Positions 1-10,402 of a stretch of 52,285 nt of DNA are shown one piece after another (position 1 is the first letter of the stretch; each line of letters begins with the position of its first letter). Origin of the DNA: a virus (taxonomy: Duplodnaviria > Caudoviricetes); IMG/VR virus record IMGVR_UViG_3300009149_000045, positions 1-52,285 of that record. The stretch is one strand, 5' to 3'. Made by a program: the position numbers and the translations under genes. The notes under the pieces were generated by a model. That model ran no database searches, was not told the DNA's origin, and was given only the letters and a program-made list of their open reading frames with translations.

Positions 1-1
1 A

Positions 2-907
2 AAAGTTCCAGATTATTCAAGTAAACAAAGATATGAAGAAGCAGTGGCTACTGTAAAATCTAAGACAACGGAGCGAAAGGGTGGTATAACTAGAGATGTT
101 CCTGGTGCTTCTACAAAAGAAACAATAGGTGCAGTACAATATGTAAAAAATTATTCAGAACAAAGATTGAAATATTTTGAACAACTAGAAAAGTCAGAGA
201 TAAAATTAACTAAAACACAAGAGAAAGAAAAAAAAGTATTACAAGAAAATCTTGATCTTTTGACAAATTTTTTAGAAACATACAAAGAAGCTGCTACAGA
301 AGCGGAGAAAGAAAAGGTTTTAGAAAGATTTAAAGATAAATTTGATAAGACTGGTATTAGTAAGGAGCGCATAAAAGAAATAAATGAAAAGAAAAATGGC
401 GTGAGATCGACTAAAAAAAGATTAACTAAATTAGAAGAAGACGAAGCTAGAAGGTTAGGAGATAAGAAACAACTTGCCGCTGATAAAGTAAAAAAAGATG
501 GTGGTCCATTAAGTGATCAAGCTGCTGCTCGTGAAAGGGTTGAAAGGGAAGAAATTGTTAAACGAGAAATTGTTAAACAACAGAGGATAGGTGATAAAGC
601 TGCTGATGAAATCGCTGCTAAAGGTGGAGATAAAGCTGCTCAAGAAGAAGCTAGACGTAAAGCTATAAAAGAAACAGAAGAAGCTAAAAAATCAGAAGAA
701 CAAAAACGTATTGAAAAGGAATCCGCACTATCTACAGAACGTCATGCAGAAATAATGAAAAGTAGTAAGAAAAGAAATGATTTGTTAGTTATGATTTTAA
801 ATAATTCAACAGAGGGTAATCCATTTCGAAAGGAATATTCTTTGAATAGCTCAGATAAACTTTATTCATATCGCGGATATGCTCCTCCTACAACGGCTTC
901 GAAATAA
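2..907 (+). CDS. C-terminal part of a large charged coiled-coil protein, probably the tail tape measure protein (5'-truncated by window)
   Basis: Frame is open from base 2 with no stop before the GTG at 44; E/K/A-rich helical sequence; lies directly upstream of distal-tail-like genes. Confidence 0.5.
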   Translation, partial: KVPDYSSKQRYEEAVATVKSKTTERKGGITRDVPGASTKETIGAVQYVKNYSEQRLKYFEQLEKSEIKLTKTQEKEKKVLQENLDLLTNFLETYKEAATEAEKEKVLERFKDKFDKTGISKERIKEINEKKNGVRSTKKRLTKLEEDEARRLGDKKQLAADKVKKDGGPLSDQAAARERVEREEIVKREIVKQQRIGDKAADEIAAKGGDKAAQEEARRKAIKETEEAKKSEEQKRIEKESALSTERHAEIMKSSKKRNDLLVMILNNSTEGNPFRKEYSLNSSDKLYSYRGYAPPTTASK

Positions 908-908
908 A

Positions 909-1736
909 ATGATACCATACTTTACAAACAGTGATGGTGAAATTTTACAATTAGGCCATGACGGATATGGCGTATGGAATGGGTCAAGCTCTCCAAATAT
1001 AAAGACATTTCCAAGAACAATAGGTGGTATAATAAAACCTACAAATCAAATATCTAAAAATGTAACTGCTAATATCTATTTAGTTCCTCCAAGTGATACA
1101 ACTAAAACAACAGTGGAATATTTTCAATATCAGTTGAATGAAAAATTAGCTAAATCACCAGGAACTTTATCATTGAGTGGAAACTCCTATAGCAATGCTT
1201 ATCCAGTAAGTACAAATTTCGATCCAGTTATTACTGACGGATATATAAGATACACCATAGATTTTTTATTAGGTGATCAAGATTCTTGTGGTGTAGTAAA
1301 TCAATTATCCACTCCAGATCTGTATGAACTTGGAAGAGGAAGATCTTTAAGTTTTACGACTACACAATTAGATGATACTGAAAATATTTTTTACTTCTGG
1401 CACAATGTAGATAGTATCAGAAACTTGGAAATGAACATAACTGAAACTAATTCAGGTAAGGATGGTAAAGAAGGACAAGTTGTAAAATCTGGTGGATTTG
1501 AAAGAATAGCTTGTGAATGTTGGTTTATTATGTTTGACAATGAGACAAGAACATCTATAGAAGCCTACCTATACAATATGATAAACGGTCCATTGGGTCA
1601 AGTTGGGACACTAATATATAATGCTCCTGGTGATAATACTTGGAATAACTGTTTTTTGCAGAATATTAGGATGGATGATAAAATATTTGCAGGAGCAAGA
1701 TACAACCTTGAGTTTTTAACGCCCCTTCAATGCTAA
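909..1736 (+). CDS. Putative distal tail (Dit-like) structural protein with an internal two-domain duplication
   Basis: ATG at 909 just after the upstream stop; two related halves (PGTLSLSGNSYSNAY...IRYTIDFL and VGTLIYNAPGDNTWNNCF...ARYNLEFL); position after tape measure-like gene. Confidence 0.45.
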   Translation: MIPYFTNSDGEILQLGHDGYGVWNGSSSPNIKTFPRTIGGIIKPTNQISKNVTANIYLVPPSDTTKTTVEYFQYQLNEKLAKSPGTLSLSGNSYSNAYPVSTNFDPVITDGYIRYTIDFLLGDQDSCGVVNQLSTPDLYELGRGRSLSFTTTQLDDTENIFYFWHNVDSIRNLEMNITETNSGKDGKEGQVVKSGGFERIACECWFIMFDNETRTSIEAYLYNMINGPLGQVGTLIYNAPGDNTWNNCFLQNIRMDDKIFAGARYNLEFLTPLQC

Positions 1737-1816
1737 CTAATAGATATATTTAAGGTGTTATTTATAATAATGTATGATTATAAAATACGTTATTATTTTT
1801 TTTGGGGAGATTCTGA

Positions 1817-3697
1817 ATGCGGATAATGATATTAGATCCAGGATTTGATTATAGCACAATGGCAGTAGCAGAAGCTTACTACAATGCTTTTACAAATTCT
1901 GGTTATGAGGTAATAGAATACGACACGAATGGTTATTATAAAAATCTAAAAATTATGATGGAACATATTGATAGAAAATTTAATTGGATGGAAATAACTG
2001 AACAATTATCAGGTTTAATTCTAAATCATATAATACAAGATAAAGTAGATGTGATCATAGCAATCCATGGATGGCATATAAATCCTTCAGTTATAAATAG
2101 CGCAAGAAAGTTAGGCTGTAAAACTGCTTTAATATTAACTGATGAACCACAACAAGTTGACGTTAGCACACAATGGTCAAGTCACTATGATTATGTGTTT
2201 TCTAATGAAAGGAACACTGTATACAGACATAAAAATTGTAGCTTTCTACCTATGGCTGCTAATCCCGATATATTTTATCCAAGAGATATTGACGAAAAAT
2301 ATAAAAGTGATGTATTATTTGGTGGAAGTTTTTATAGAGAACGTGTAGATTTTATAATGGACGATCGTATGTATGATGCGATTAAAAATAGAAACGTTAA
2401 ATGTGTTGGTGCTAGAAGATTTGAAATAGATTATACTGATCCAAGAGGTAAATGGTTCGTTGAAAATAAGATTGATATAAACACTATGTCAGAATATGTA
2501 GCTGGCGCGAAAATTGCAATCGATATTCCTAGAAACGAACTATCGTGTGGTATATTTGGTGAGGCTAACAAAATGGAAATAAAAGCTACAAATTTATCTC
2601 CAAGGATATACGAATGCGCTTTGTCCAATTGTTTAGTTTTAACAGATAATTCTAGAGAAGACATTAATAACTTATTTCCAGCAAATCTATTTCCAACATA
2701 CAATAACCATGAAGAATTAAAAGAACTAATAGATCACTATTTAGACAATGAATCAATAAGATCAGATGTTGTAGCAAATCAAATGAATTTTTGTTTAGGA
2801 AATCACACTTATAAAAATAGGGTAAAAGACATAGAAAAGATTATGGGATTAGTTCCTTCAAGAAAGTTAAAAGGATATTTTTCAAAAGATTTATTAATTA
2901 ATGAAAAGGTTATCGAAAGCTTTAATGATGACTGGGCAATGAACATAGTTAAGAATAATCAGCTTGGAATATATAAAGATGAAAACAATATAAAGCACCT
3001 GAAAGATTCCAAAAGGGGACAAGAAGCAATTTTAGTGAGTAATGGTGCTTCTTTAGAAGAAACCTATATTGAACTGATAGATAATATAGTTGATTATAAT
3101 AATGTATATTGTCTTAATCAAGCAGGAAAACTATTAAATGAATTTAAAATATCATGGAAAAATCTTATTGTAATACATCCCAATGAAGATGTTTATGATA
3201 GAGCTATTAAGGATTTAGAAAATATTGAAGATAAGATTTTATTTGCTAGTTCAGTGATACACTATAAATGCCTCCAGGACTGGGTTAAGGTACAAGGTAA
3301 GCTTGCACTATTTAGTACAAGTAACTGTGGTCACAAACAGCTCGTGAACGCCTACATAGACCTTCCAATGCTAGGTGCTGGTGTTACGGTTGCCTATAGT
3401 GCCTTGACAATACTAAAATATTTAGGATATAAAAGTATTAAGATATTCGGATTAGATTTTTCATATAATAATTATAAAGAATACGCATTTCAAAAATTAG
3501 ACTTTGATAAGATATGTAGGCTTTCTCCAGAATTAGTTCAGTCAGTAAATAGCAATCCTATACTAACTAACTTGACATTTTTACAATCATTAGAAAGTTG
3601 TAAGAATTTTATTGCAAACAATAAGGATATAGAATTTATATCTTTTGGCGATAATATGCTCTACGATAATAAATTCGATAATCTAAAAAATAGATAA
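1817..3697 (+). CDS. Glycosyltransferase fusion: CgeB-like GT-B domain plus Maf/DUF115 (MptE-like) domain
   Basis: N-half: LTDEP, LPMAANPDIF, DVLFGGSFYRER, SPRIYECALSNCLVLTD, NHTYKNRV (CgeB-like); C-half: AILVSNGASL, GAGVTVAYSAL..LGYKSIKIFGLDFSY (Maf-like); GGGGAG RBS. Confidence 0.75.
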   Translation: MRIMILDPGFDYSTMAVAEAYYNAFTNSGYEVIEYDTNGYYKNLKIMMEHIDRKFNWMEITEQLSGLILNHIIQDKVDVIIAIHGWHINPSVINSARKLGCKTALILTDEPQQVDVSTQWSSHYDYVFSNERNTVYRHKNCSFLPMAANPDIFYPRDIDEKYKSDVLFGGSFYRERVDFIMDDRMYDAIKNRNVKCVGARRFEIDYTDPRGKWFVENKIDINTMSEYVAGAKIAIDIPRNELSCGIFGEANKMEIKATNLSPRIYECALSNCLVLTDNSREDINNLFPANLFPTYNNHEELKELIDHYLDNESIRSDVVANQMNFCLGNHTYKNRVKDIEKIMGLVPSRKLKGYFSKDLLINEKVIESFNDDWAMNIVKNNQLGIYKDENNIKHLKDSKRGQEAILVSNGASLEETYIELIDNIVDYNNVYCLNQAGKLLNEFKISWKNLIVIHPNEDVYDRAIKDLENIEDKILFASSVIHYKCLQDWVKVQGKLALFSTSNCGHKQLVNAYIDLPMLGAGVTVAYSALTILKYLGYKSIKIFGLDFSYNNYKEYAFQKLDFDKICRLSPELVQSVNSNPILTNLTFLQSLESCKNFIANNKDIEFISFGDNMLYDNKFDNLKNR

Positions 3698-3707
3698 GGA
3701 TATAGAT

Positions 3708-4247
3708 ATGGCAGTTGTCATTGGTGATGTAATACTTACACATCCTATTTCACATTCGCCAGATCATAGATCAAAGATTGGTGGTAAAAATTCTTATGCT
3801 TCTATAATAGGATCCGAAGTCAATAATATATTTCTTCCGGGTATGATAAAGAATAGTGAATTCAGTGACACTAATTATTATCAATATACAAAACTATTCA
3901 TTTTTAATTCAAATTCTACAGATACAATGTACGATACAAGAATATATGGATATAATACTAAAAGGAATAATATCGTTTCTTTCGCTTTAGAAAGAGATAT
4001 TAACGGTAACTTAATATTAGATGGTGAAGAAACAATCAAAAATAGAATAGTAGAACCATCATTCGACGATTATTCTTTTATAGAAGCTCATAGTGACAAT
4101 GCTATAGACGCTGGAATCAATGGTGACGGGGAACTACCCCCATTATCAGGTCAAGGAGTTTGGTTAAAAATGGAATGTAATTTAAGCGATACTGAAGATG
4201 CTTTAGACAATTTTAAAATTGGCGTAAAATTTAAAACGGAGGAATAG
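3708..4247 (+). CDS. Putative virion structural protein (beta-rich)
   Basis: AAGGA RBS; beta-strand rich, GELPPLSGQGVWLK; within tail gene run. Confidence 0.5.
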   Translation: MAVVIGDVILTHPISHSPDHRSKIGGKNSYASIIGSEVNNIFLPGMIKNSEFSDTNYYQYTKLFIFNSNSTDTMYDTRIYGYNTKRNNIVSFALERDINGNLILDGEETIKNRIVEPSFDDYSFIEAHSDNAIDAGINGDGELPPLSGQGVWLKMECNLSDTEDALDNFKIGVKFKTEE

Positions 4248-4248
4248 G

Positions 4249-4794
4249 ATGGGTCTTACCAATAATAGTAGATTAAAAAGAAGTAATGTCGTGGGAATTG
4301 GTGGAACATTTTTTGTAGAATGTTATGATAAGTATGGTAATAAAAAATGGGAAGAAAATTTTAACAACGCATGGACTAACGCTGGACTTCTTTGGTTAAT
4401 GCAAAGAAGTTTTAAGGATTCAAAACCATCTGACTTGACATTCTATATGGGATTAATTGATACTGGCGCGTCTTTGGCTAATTCCGATGTAATGAATTCT
4501 CACGCAGGATGGACAGAAAACATTAACTATAGTGAAACTTCTCGTCCATTGTGGGATAACGCTGATCCGACTGAAAGTGCTGGTATTGTTAGTTCATTAA
4601 ATTCCGTAAGAACAGAATTTACTTGTGATACTAATAGCCAGACTATTAATGGTGCATTCCTTACATCTGGAAGCGCAAAAAGTGGTACAGCCGGTACATT
4701 ACTGGTTACAGGTTCTTTTGCATCTGGACAAGAGTTAAACGACGATGATGTTCTAAAAGTTCAGTACACTCTGAAGGCTCAGAAGAAAGTGTAA
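4249..4794 (+). CDS. Putative tail/baseplate structural protein
   Basis: GGAGG RBS; WEE.FNN.WTNAG, INGAFL..G..GTL, DDVLKVQYTL motifs typical of phage tail-associated proteins. Confidence 0.6.
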   Translation: MGLTNNSRLKRSNVVGIGGTFFVECYDKYGNKKWEENFNNAWTNAGLLWLMQRSFKDSKPSDLTFYMGLIDTGASLANSDVMNSHAGWTENINYSETSRPLWDNADPTESAGIVSSLNSVRTEFTCDTNSQTINGAFLTSGSAKSGTAGTLLVTGSFASGQELNDDDVLKVQYTLKAQKKV

Positions 4795-4797
4795 TAA

Positions 4798-6240
4798 ATG
4801 GCCGGTAATGATTCGTATACAAAACTTTTATTGCATTGTGACGGGGTTGATGGTTCTCAATTGTTCCCTGATGCGTCTGCAAGCGACCACACTGTTACTG
4901 CTCATGCTGATGCGCAGGTTGATACTGCCTTGCAGGAGTTTGGCACCGGGTCGTTGTTGCTTGACGGTACTGGTGATTATCTATCAGTGCAGAATCATGC
5001 GGATTTTAATTTCGGAGTCGGTGATTTCACTATCGATTGTTGGGTTCGATGGGGAGAAACACCAACAGGTTCACAGGCGATCATGGCCCATTACGATCAA
5101 GGTACAAATCAAAGAGCATGGTCATTTTTGGCTACAGCCACAGGCTTTTCGGTGTACTTCTCAGATGATGGAGCTCACAGTGATGGTCATTTCGTTATAT
5201 TGCCATGGACTTATTCCATAGTTGCCGACACATGGTATCATCTCGCGCTTGTTAGATCAGGGAATAATGTAATTCTTTTCGTCGACGGTATCTTGCAGTC
5301 ATCTCAAGCAATGAATTATACGCTACATGACTCAACCGCCAATGTCACTATTGGCTGTAGTCTGGTTAGTGGCTCACCTGCAACCGATATTATGACTGGA
5401 AATGTTGACGAATTGAGAGTAAGTAAGGGCATTGCACGATGGACTGCGAACTTTATTCCTTCAACTTCCGCTTATACAAGTTCCGACTCTGAATCTGAAG
5501 AAGAATCCGAATTTGATATTGAACTTACTGCTGGCGGAGATCGTGGTAAAGATGCTGAAGAAGAATCCGAATTTGATATTGAACTTACTGCTGGCGGAGA
5601 TCGTGGTAAAGATGCTGAAGAAGAATCCGAATTCGATATAACTTTGGACGCAAAAATTATAGAAGCAAAAGAACAAGAAGAAGAATCCGAATTCGATATA
5701 ACTTTAAGTGCAACAATAACAAGAAATTATGAAAAGCTGTTTAATATTAAACATACTAGAATAAATACTAATGCTAATATAGAAAAGACAAGAAGAGATT
5801 ACTATAATCCACTTTCGTTAATTGTTTATATAGATTATGATTTAGTATCTGATTACTATTTACCATATGAAAGAGTACCATTCGCAGTATACATAGATAA
5901 CGAGTTTTATAAAGAATTTTTTGGAACAGAAGTTAAAGTACAATTAGAAAATATTAACATAGCTTCTAATATAAGAATATTCGCATTGTCAAATCCTGGA
6001 TTTAGATATATATTTAATAAAGCGACGCCTGGAAATAAAATAAGGATGAGATTTAAAGCTAAAGAAGCAAATGACTTTGATATAGAATCACACATTGTAT
6101 ACTACGATAATAAAACTGGATCTTATGAATCTAGTCCAATAGGAACAATAGACGCAATTACCGGGACAGGTGGTGGTAGATTATTAAAAAAATCAAAAAT
6201 GTTATCTAAGTCTGAAATAAGGGCAATATATCCCAAATAG
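4798..6240 (+). CDS. LamG/concanavalin-A-like lectin domain tail protein with 20-aa repeat linker
   Basis: KLLLHCDG, GSLLLDGTGDYL, DFTIDCWV, TWYHLALVRSG, LFVDG, GNVDELRVSKGIARWTANF. Confidence 0.8.
   Translation: MAGNDSYTKLLLHCDGVDGSQLFPDASASDHTVTAHADAQVDTALQEFGTGSLLLDGTGDYLSVQNHADFNFGVGDFTIDCWVRWGETPTGSQAIMAHYDQGTNQRAWSFLATATGFSVYFSDDGAHSDGHFVILPWTYSIVADTWYHLALVRSGNNVILFVDGILQSSQAMNYTLHDSTANVTIGCSLVSGSPATDIMTGNVDELRVSKGIARWTANFIPSTSAYTSSDSESEEESEFDIELTAGGDRGKDAEEESEFDIELTAGGDRGKDAEEESEFDITLDAKIIEAKEQEEESEFDITLSATITRNYEKLFNIKHTRINTNANIEKTRRDYYNPLSLIVYIDYDLVSDYYLPYERVPFAVYIDNEFYKEFFGTEVKVQLENINIASNIRIFALSNPGFRYIFNKATPGNKIRMRFKAKEANDFDIESHIVYYDNKTGSYESSPIGTIDAITGTGGGRLLKKSKMLSKSEIRAIYPK
5495..5706 (+). 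repeat. 60-bp tandem repeat encoding EEESEFDIxL-containing 20-aa units (4 core copies)
   Basis: 5495-5633 is an exact 60-nt-period repeat; the later copies keep GAAGAAGAATCCGAATTCGATATAACTTT and diverge elsewhere. Confidence 0.95.
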
Positions 6241-6252
6241 GAGTTTAATACT

Positions 6253-6849
6253 ATGGCTATTGAAAGTTTTCACGCCGCTAGTGATGGAATATATGTTACA
6301 GGATTATCTCCAAGTTGGGTCGGACTTAAACGTGAATCTAATAGTGTGAATATTAGTCAGCCAGCGATTTCAGAAGTGGGCTTTGGCTGGTACAGATATG
6401 ATTTAACAGTACCATCAGATGATAGGGCAGTTGGCGTCATAGACTGTGGGGCAGGATTAAGTGATACGAATAGATATATAGATATTAAAAATGAATATTT
6501 TAGCAATAAAAAAATATTGACAGAAGTCGACGCTTTACCAGAATTAAAAGAAGTGTTTCTTCTTCCAGTTTATGATGGAGATGCAGACGTTCTTACTTTC
6601 TTTGCCTACCTTATGCAGAATGGACAAATAGTTACAGCCAATCTTTCAGATATTGAAATTAATGTTTATACAAGTGCTCACGCATTAAGTTTTCAATTAA
6701 CGAGTAGTTCTGAAACTAACGGAATATTTGTTATGACTAAGAGTAGCCCTACGCTTTCTGCTTCTAGTGGATATTATGCGAAAGCAAAAATTACTTTGGA
6801 TGATTCTACTGAAATAGAATCTGTTGAAACTTATGTTGCATTGAGCTAA
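6253..6849 (+). CDS. Putative virion structural protein (Ig-like beta domains)
   Basis: AGGAG RBS; ISEVGFGWYRYD motif; S/T-rich beta composition. Confidence 0.5.
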   Translation: MAIESFHAASDGIYVTGLSPSWVGLKRESNSVNISQPAISEVGFGWYRYDLTVPSDDRAVGVIDCGAGLSDTNRYIDIKNEYFSNKKILTEVDALPELKEVFLLPVYDGDADVLTFFAYLMQNGQIVTANLSDIEINVYTSAHALSFQLTSSSETNGIFVMTKSSPTLSASSGYYAKAKITLDDSTEIESVETYVALS

Positions 6850-6851
6850 AA

Positions 6852-7775
6852 ATGAAAATAATATCAACAAAACATCCGATACTATTTAAAAATGTTGACG
6901 AAGTATATCGTCAACATTTAACAATGGATGCACTAAGAACTGGAACCTTTATACAATTAAATGGAACTTATGCGAGTCCATATGATTACTATGAACTAAT
7001 TACAAAATCATTAATTAATGGGGCATATAAACTTAAAGTGATATCAATGGATGATCTAGATAATGTTAATTCTGGAGTTGAAGGAACTGCAACCGTTTCT
7101 GGGTATGCTTTACCACCTAAAAATGTCGCAGTAACTTTATCAGGAAGTAATATTACTTTGACTTGGAGTCATTCTGTAAATGGTGCTCCTACTAATTATA
7201 AAGTGTATGGTAATGGAGGATCAGGAATAGTTATAGATAGGACTACTGTATTAAGTACAGTGATAGGAAGTCTTTTAACTTCAACTTTCGCTGTGGCCAA
7301 TGGTGAATGGTTACTTGTCGTGGAATCATTAACTAGTAGTAGTGAAAGTATAAATTTAGACACAGTTTCTATAACTGTCCCAGTAGCAGCAACGAAACCA
7401 CCAAGTCCTGGATTTGGCGGTAAGGCAAAGATAACTGGATTGTCATTAACAAGAGTTTCAGTAGGTAAGGTCAAGGTAAGATTTTATTGGTTGTATGGCA
7501 GTAGTGCAGCTTCTTTCAGAATATATCATGATGACGCAACAGGAACAATCAGTTATGTAACTCCAAAATTCTCATTTACTAGACAGAATAGTTATATTCA
7601 AGAATATACAACTACGGCATTACATACAGATGATGAAAACAAACAGTTTAAATTTGTAGTCAGATCAGTAACTTCAGATAGTGTAGAAGATACTAACACT
7701 GATGAATACACAATAGAAGTTGATGGTGATGCTCCTGATAACGCAACTATTATTTCTACGGAGTCTATATTCTAA
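6852..7775 (+). CDS. Fibronectin type III-like domain virion protein
   Basis: PPKNVAVT...ITLTWSHS...YKVY and FRIY...FKFVVRSVT..VED; two to three Fn3-like modules. Confidence 0.65.
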   Translation: MKIISTKHPILFKNVDEVYRQHLTMDALRTGTFIQLNGTYASPYDYYELITKSLINGAYKLKVISMDDLDNVNSGVEGTATVSGYALPPKNVAVTLSGSNITLTWSHSVNGAPTNYKVYGNGGSGIVIDRTTVLSTVIGSLLTSTFAVANGEWLLVVESLTSSSESINLDTVSITVPVAATKPPSPGFGGKAKITGLSLTRVSVGKVKVRFYWLYGSSAASFRIYHDDATGTISYVTPKFSFTRQNSYIQEYTTTALHTDDENKQFKFVVRSVTSDSVEDTNTDEYTIEVDGDAPDNATIISTESIF

Positions 7776-10402
7776 TGGTAAATATAAGTATAACAAATGA
7801 TCAACCCGTAAGCATGTCAAGCGATAGACTATTTGTATTACCAGATACTGATACAGTTTTTTTGGATGTTGATGGTGTAGAAATAACAAATGCAGAATTA
7901 GATTTTACGCAGATCAGAGTTAAAAGTGTAACTCGTTCTATAAATGAAACTATCGGTGTTGCGGAGTTAGAAATTGCAGATTATGTATTTGGAGATCATA
8001 TTCCAGTTTACTGTATTCCAATAAAAATAATCAGTGGTGATCCATTGTATGCTGCTGACAACATTGTGTTCAGAGGATTTATGGTAGCAGAAGTCGGGCA
8101 ATTAGATTCTGGATCAGACAATGTCACTGTAACCGCATATGATTATAAATGGGCATTAACAAAAATTGGAAGAGTGCGAGGAAAAATATATACAACTTCT
8201 ATAAGAAATTTTCCAGGTTATGAAGCTATGGATTATAACCGAGGAGAAAGTCAAGGATCTGATCCGGCAATCTACGATGATTTTAGGCGTCTAGAACGGT
8301 TTAGATATACACTTGGGTTAAACAATTACCCTAAAGGTTATAATGCGTCTGAGCGTACTATATTTAATCCTGACGGTGAGCCTAACTGCGCCACAGATAT
8401 TTATGGAGACAATACAGTAATATTCAAAGAACCATTAATAGATCAGGCCAATGATGTTTATGAATTATCATTTTATTGGAATTATGCACAGATAATTTCG
8501 CACATATTTACATTTTGGATTTTACCGTATGTGAATGTTGATAAAATAGAAATAACTGGTCTAGATAAGATTGCAAATTTTCACGAAGATGTTAAAGCTT
8601 ATCTATTAAAAAGAAATCCAGAATCTACAGTTGCGGAAGACATTGATATAACTTTTATTCAACCTGTTAGTTTTGATATAAGTTCTCTGAATCCATTAGA
8701 AGCTCTCGATAAAGCCATAAAAGCAATCCCTGGAGATTGGGCTTGGGATATACTATATCACGGAGATATGATAGAGATAAAAATTCAAAATATGATGGCA
8801 GAGATGTTTGATGGTGAAAGAAAAGTTTTAGTTATAGGTACTGGAGAGAAATTAGCGACAGATGATAATGAAGCCAACGTAGCATCTATAACTATTAATA
8901 GATCAATCGAAGACAGAATTTCACATGCTGTAGGTATTGGTGGAGCATTGAAGATAGAAACAACTTTAGAATTGTATCCTAACTGGCCAAGATATCTTAT
9001 ACCGTCAGATGATGAAAGAACTTGGGATTATGATTTTGGTGATGGATCTACACCGGGAGACTGTGAAGATTATGATGGAAGTAATATTCCTTCAGGACAA
9101 GTTGTTTCTGACTTTAAAGGTAAAGAGGATTTTGACTGCTGGATTAGGTTCATTAAGGGAGAAGAAAACGCAGTTGTTACTACAGAAACAGAAAAAAGAT
9201 ATGAATCGATATATAGATCGTTTACAGTATATGCTCCTAATTTTAACTTTGCCAATTCTGGCGTACTTGGGGCGCACACAAATATAAATATAGGTTCAGC
9301 GATAAATTATCCATATGGAAATAGGTGGCCAAGTAAGATAAATAACTATTATACGGGTCACTTATCAGGCGATGAAATAGCGTTTTCAATTTTATCACAC
9401 TTAAACGTTAAACGTAGTATAGAAGCACCATTAACAGATCAATCCATGGTAGACATTTCTCCTGATCCAGCAGATGGAATTACATATAAAATCAGTGAAA
9501 AGGTAACTAATACTGATGATAAAAAGCCGTTTGTGTTTATGTATGATGAAGATATGGAATATCATATATATGATCAGAAGAATAAAGAATCACAAGATTT
9601 ATCTGATAGCGAGCTAGAAGAATTTTATAATAGAATGAAATGGATTATTCCAGAAAAAAGAGGCATAAGCTACTCTATCGGAAATAATAATGAAAGTGTA
9701 GAATTTGATGAACCACAATTTCAAAGAAAATTAACTTCTATATCACACGCTTCTGATGCTTCTGGAGATTTGCCTGTAGATTTTAGAGACACTTCTTATA
9801 GACGTATTTTTATGACATGTGTTGTTTCTAGTGATCTTTCTGAAGTCTTTGATTATTATAGTTCACGAAAAAGATCAAAATATAATGGTATGAATTTAAT
9901 AGGTTATCATTTTGATGATTCACAAAATATCGTTTTAAGGGTTGGAGCATTATATCCGACACCTGATGGTAAGAATGGTCATAAACTAGAATATTCTGAA
10001 ACTGGATTATCAATATACCCTACTACTGTTAGCAGTAACTATCAGTTCGTAGATTGGAATATGTTAAATAGCGATAATGCATTAAGAGAACTTTTTATAA
10101 TAGACACTTCTTCTATATTTATACAAACAGTAATGGATATGGTTGATGGATTGAATACTTATAAAGAAACTATAAGTGCAGACCTAGGGAGATTAGATTT
10201 AACATATGATCCGCTTGATGGCATAAAAGAAGTTAGAAATTCAGAAACTGATAGACCTAATAGTGGATATTATGATTTAGATTCTTATATAAGAACTGTG
10301 TCATATAATAAAGAGAGCGATAGCGACGTTTACACAACCAACATTTCTGCAGAAAACAGAAGTGCTCAATCCAGTGTATTAAGGTTAGCCAGGAGTAAAT
10401 GA
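7775..10402 (+). CDS. Large tail/baseplate hub-like protein
   Basis: 875 aa, acidic; N-terminal VFRGFM...VTVTAYDYKWAL typical of hub/Tal proteins; overlaps flanking genes by 1 and 4 nt. Confidence 0.5.
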   Translation: MVNISITNDQPVSMSSDRLFVLPDTDTVFLDVDGVEITNAELDFTQIRVKSVTRSINETIGVAELEIADYVFGDHIPVYCIPIKIISGDPLYAADNIVFRGFMVAEVGQLDSGSDNVTVTAYDYKWALTKIGRVRGKIYTTSIRNFPGYEAMDYNRGESQGSDPAIYDDFRRLERFRYTLGLNNYPKGYNASERTIFNPDGEPNCATDIYGDNTVIFKEPLIDQANDVYELSFYWNYAQIISHIFTFWILPYVNVDKIEITGLDKIANFHEDVKAYLLKRNPESTVAEDIDITFIQPVSFDISSLNPLEALDKAIKAIPGDWAWDILYHGDMIEIKIQNMMAEMFDGERKVLVIGTGEKLATDDNEANVASITINRSIEDRISHAVGIGGALKIETTLELYPNWPRYLIPSDDERTWDYDFGDGSTPGDCEDYDGSNIPSGQVVSDFKGKEDFDCWIRFIKGEENAVVTTETEKRYESIYRSFTVYAPNFNFANSGVLGAHTNINIGSAINYPYGNRWPSKINNYYTGHLSGDEIAFSILSHLNVKRSIEAPLTDQSMVDISPDPADGITYKISEKVTNTDDKKPFVFMYDEDMEYHIYDQKNKESQDLSDSELEEFYNRMKWIIPEKRGISYSIGNNNESVEFDEPQFQRKLTSISHASDASGDLPVDFRDTSYRRIFMTCVVSSDLSEVFDYYSSRKRSKYNGMNLIGYHFDDSQNIVLRVGALYPTPDGKNGHKLEYSETGLSIYPTTVSSNYQFVDWNMLNSDNALRELFIIDTSSIFIQTVMDMVDGLNTYKETISADLGRLDLTYDPLDGIKEVRNSETDRPNSGYYDLDSYIRTVSYNKESDSDVYTTNISAENRSAQSSVLRLARSK

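Noticed and set aside
188-215. 27/28-nt match to 49892-49919 (both encode EKSEIK.TK)
   Set aside because: A-rich sequence in unrelated charged proteins with no flanking homology and no integrase; probably chance, not an att site or terminal repeat
5495-5706. 60-bp periodic repeat as a CRISPR array or DGR template
   Set aside because: In-frame coding repeat with identical spacers; no cas or reverse transcriptase gene in the window
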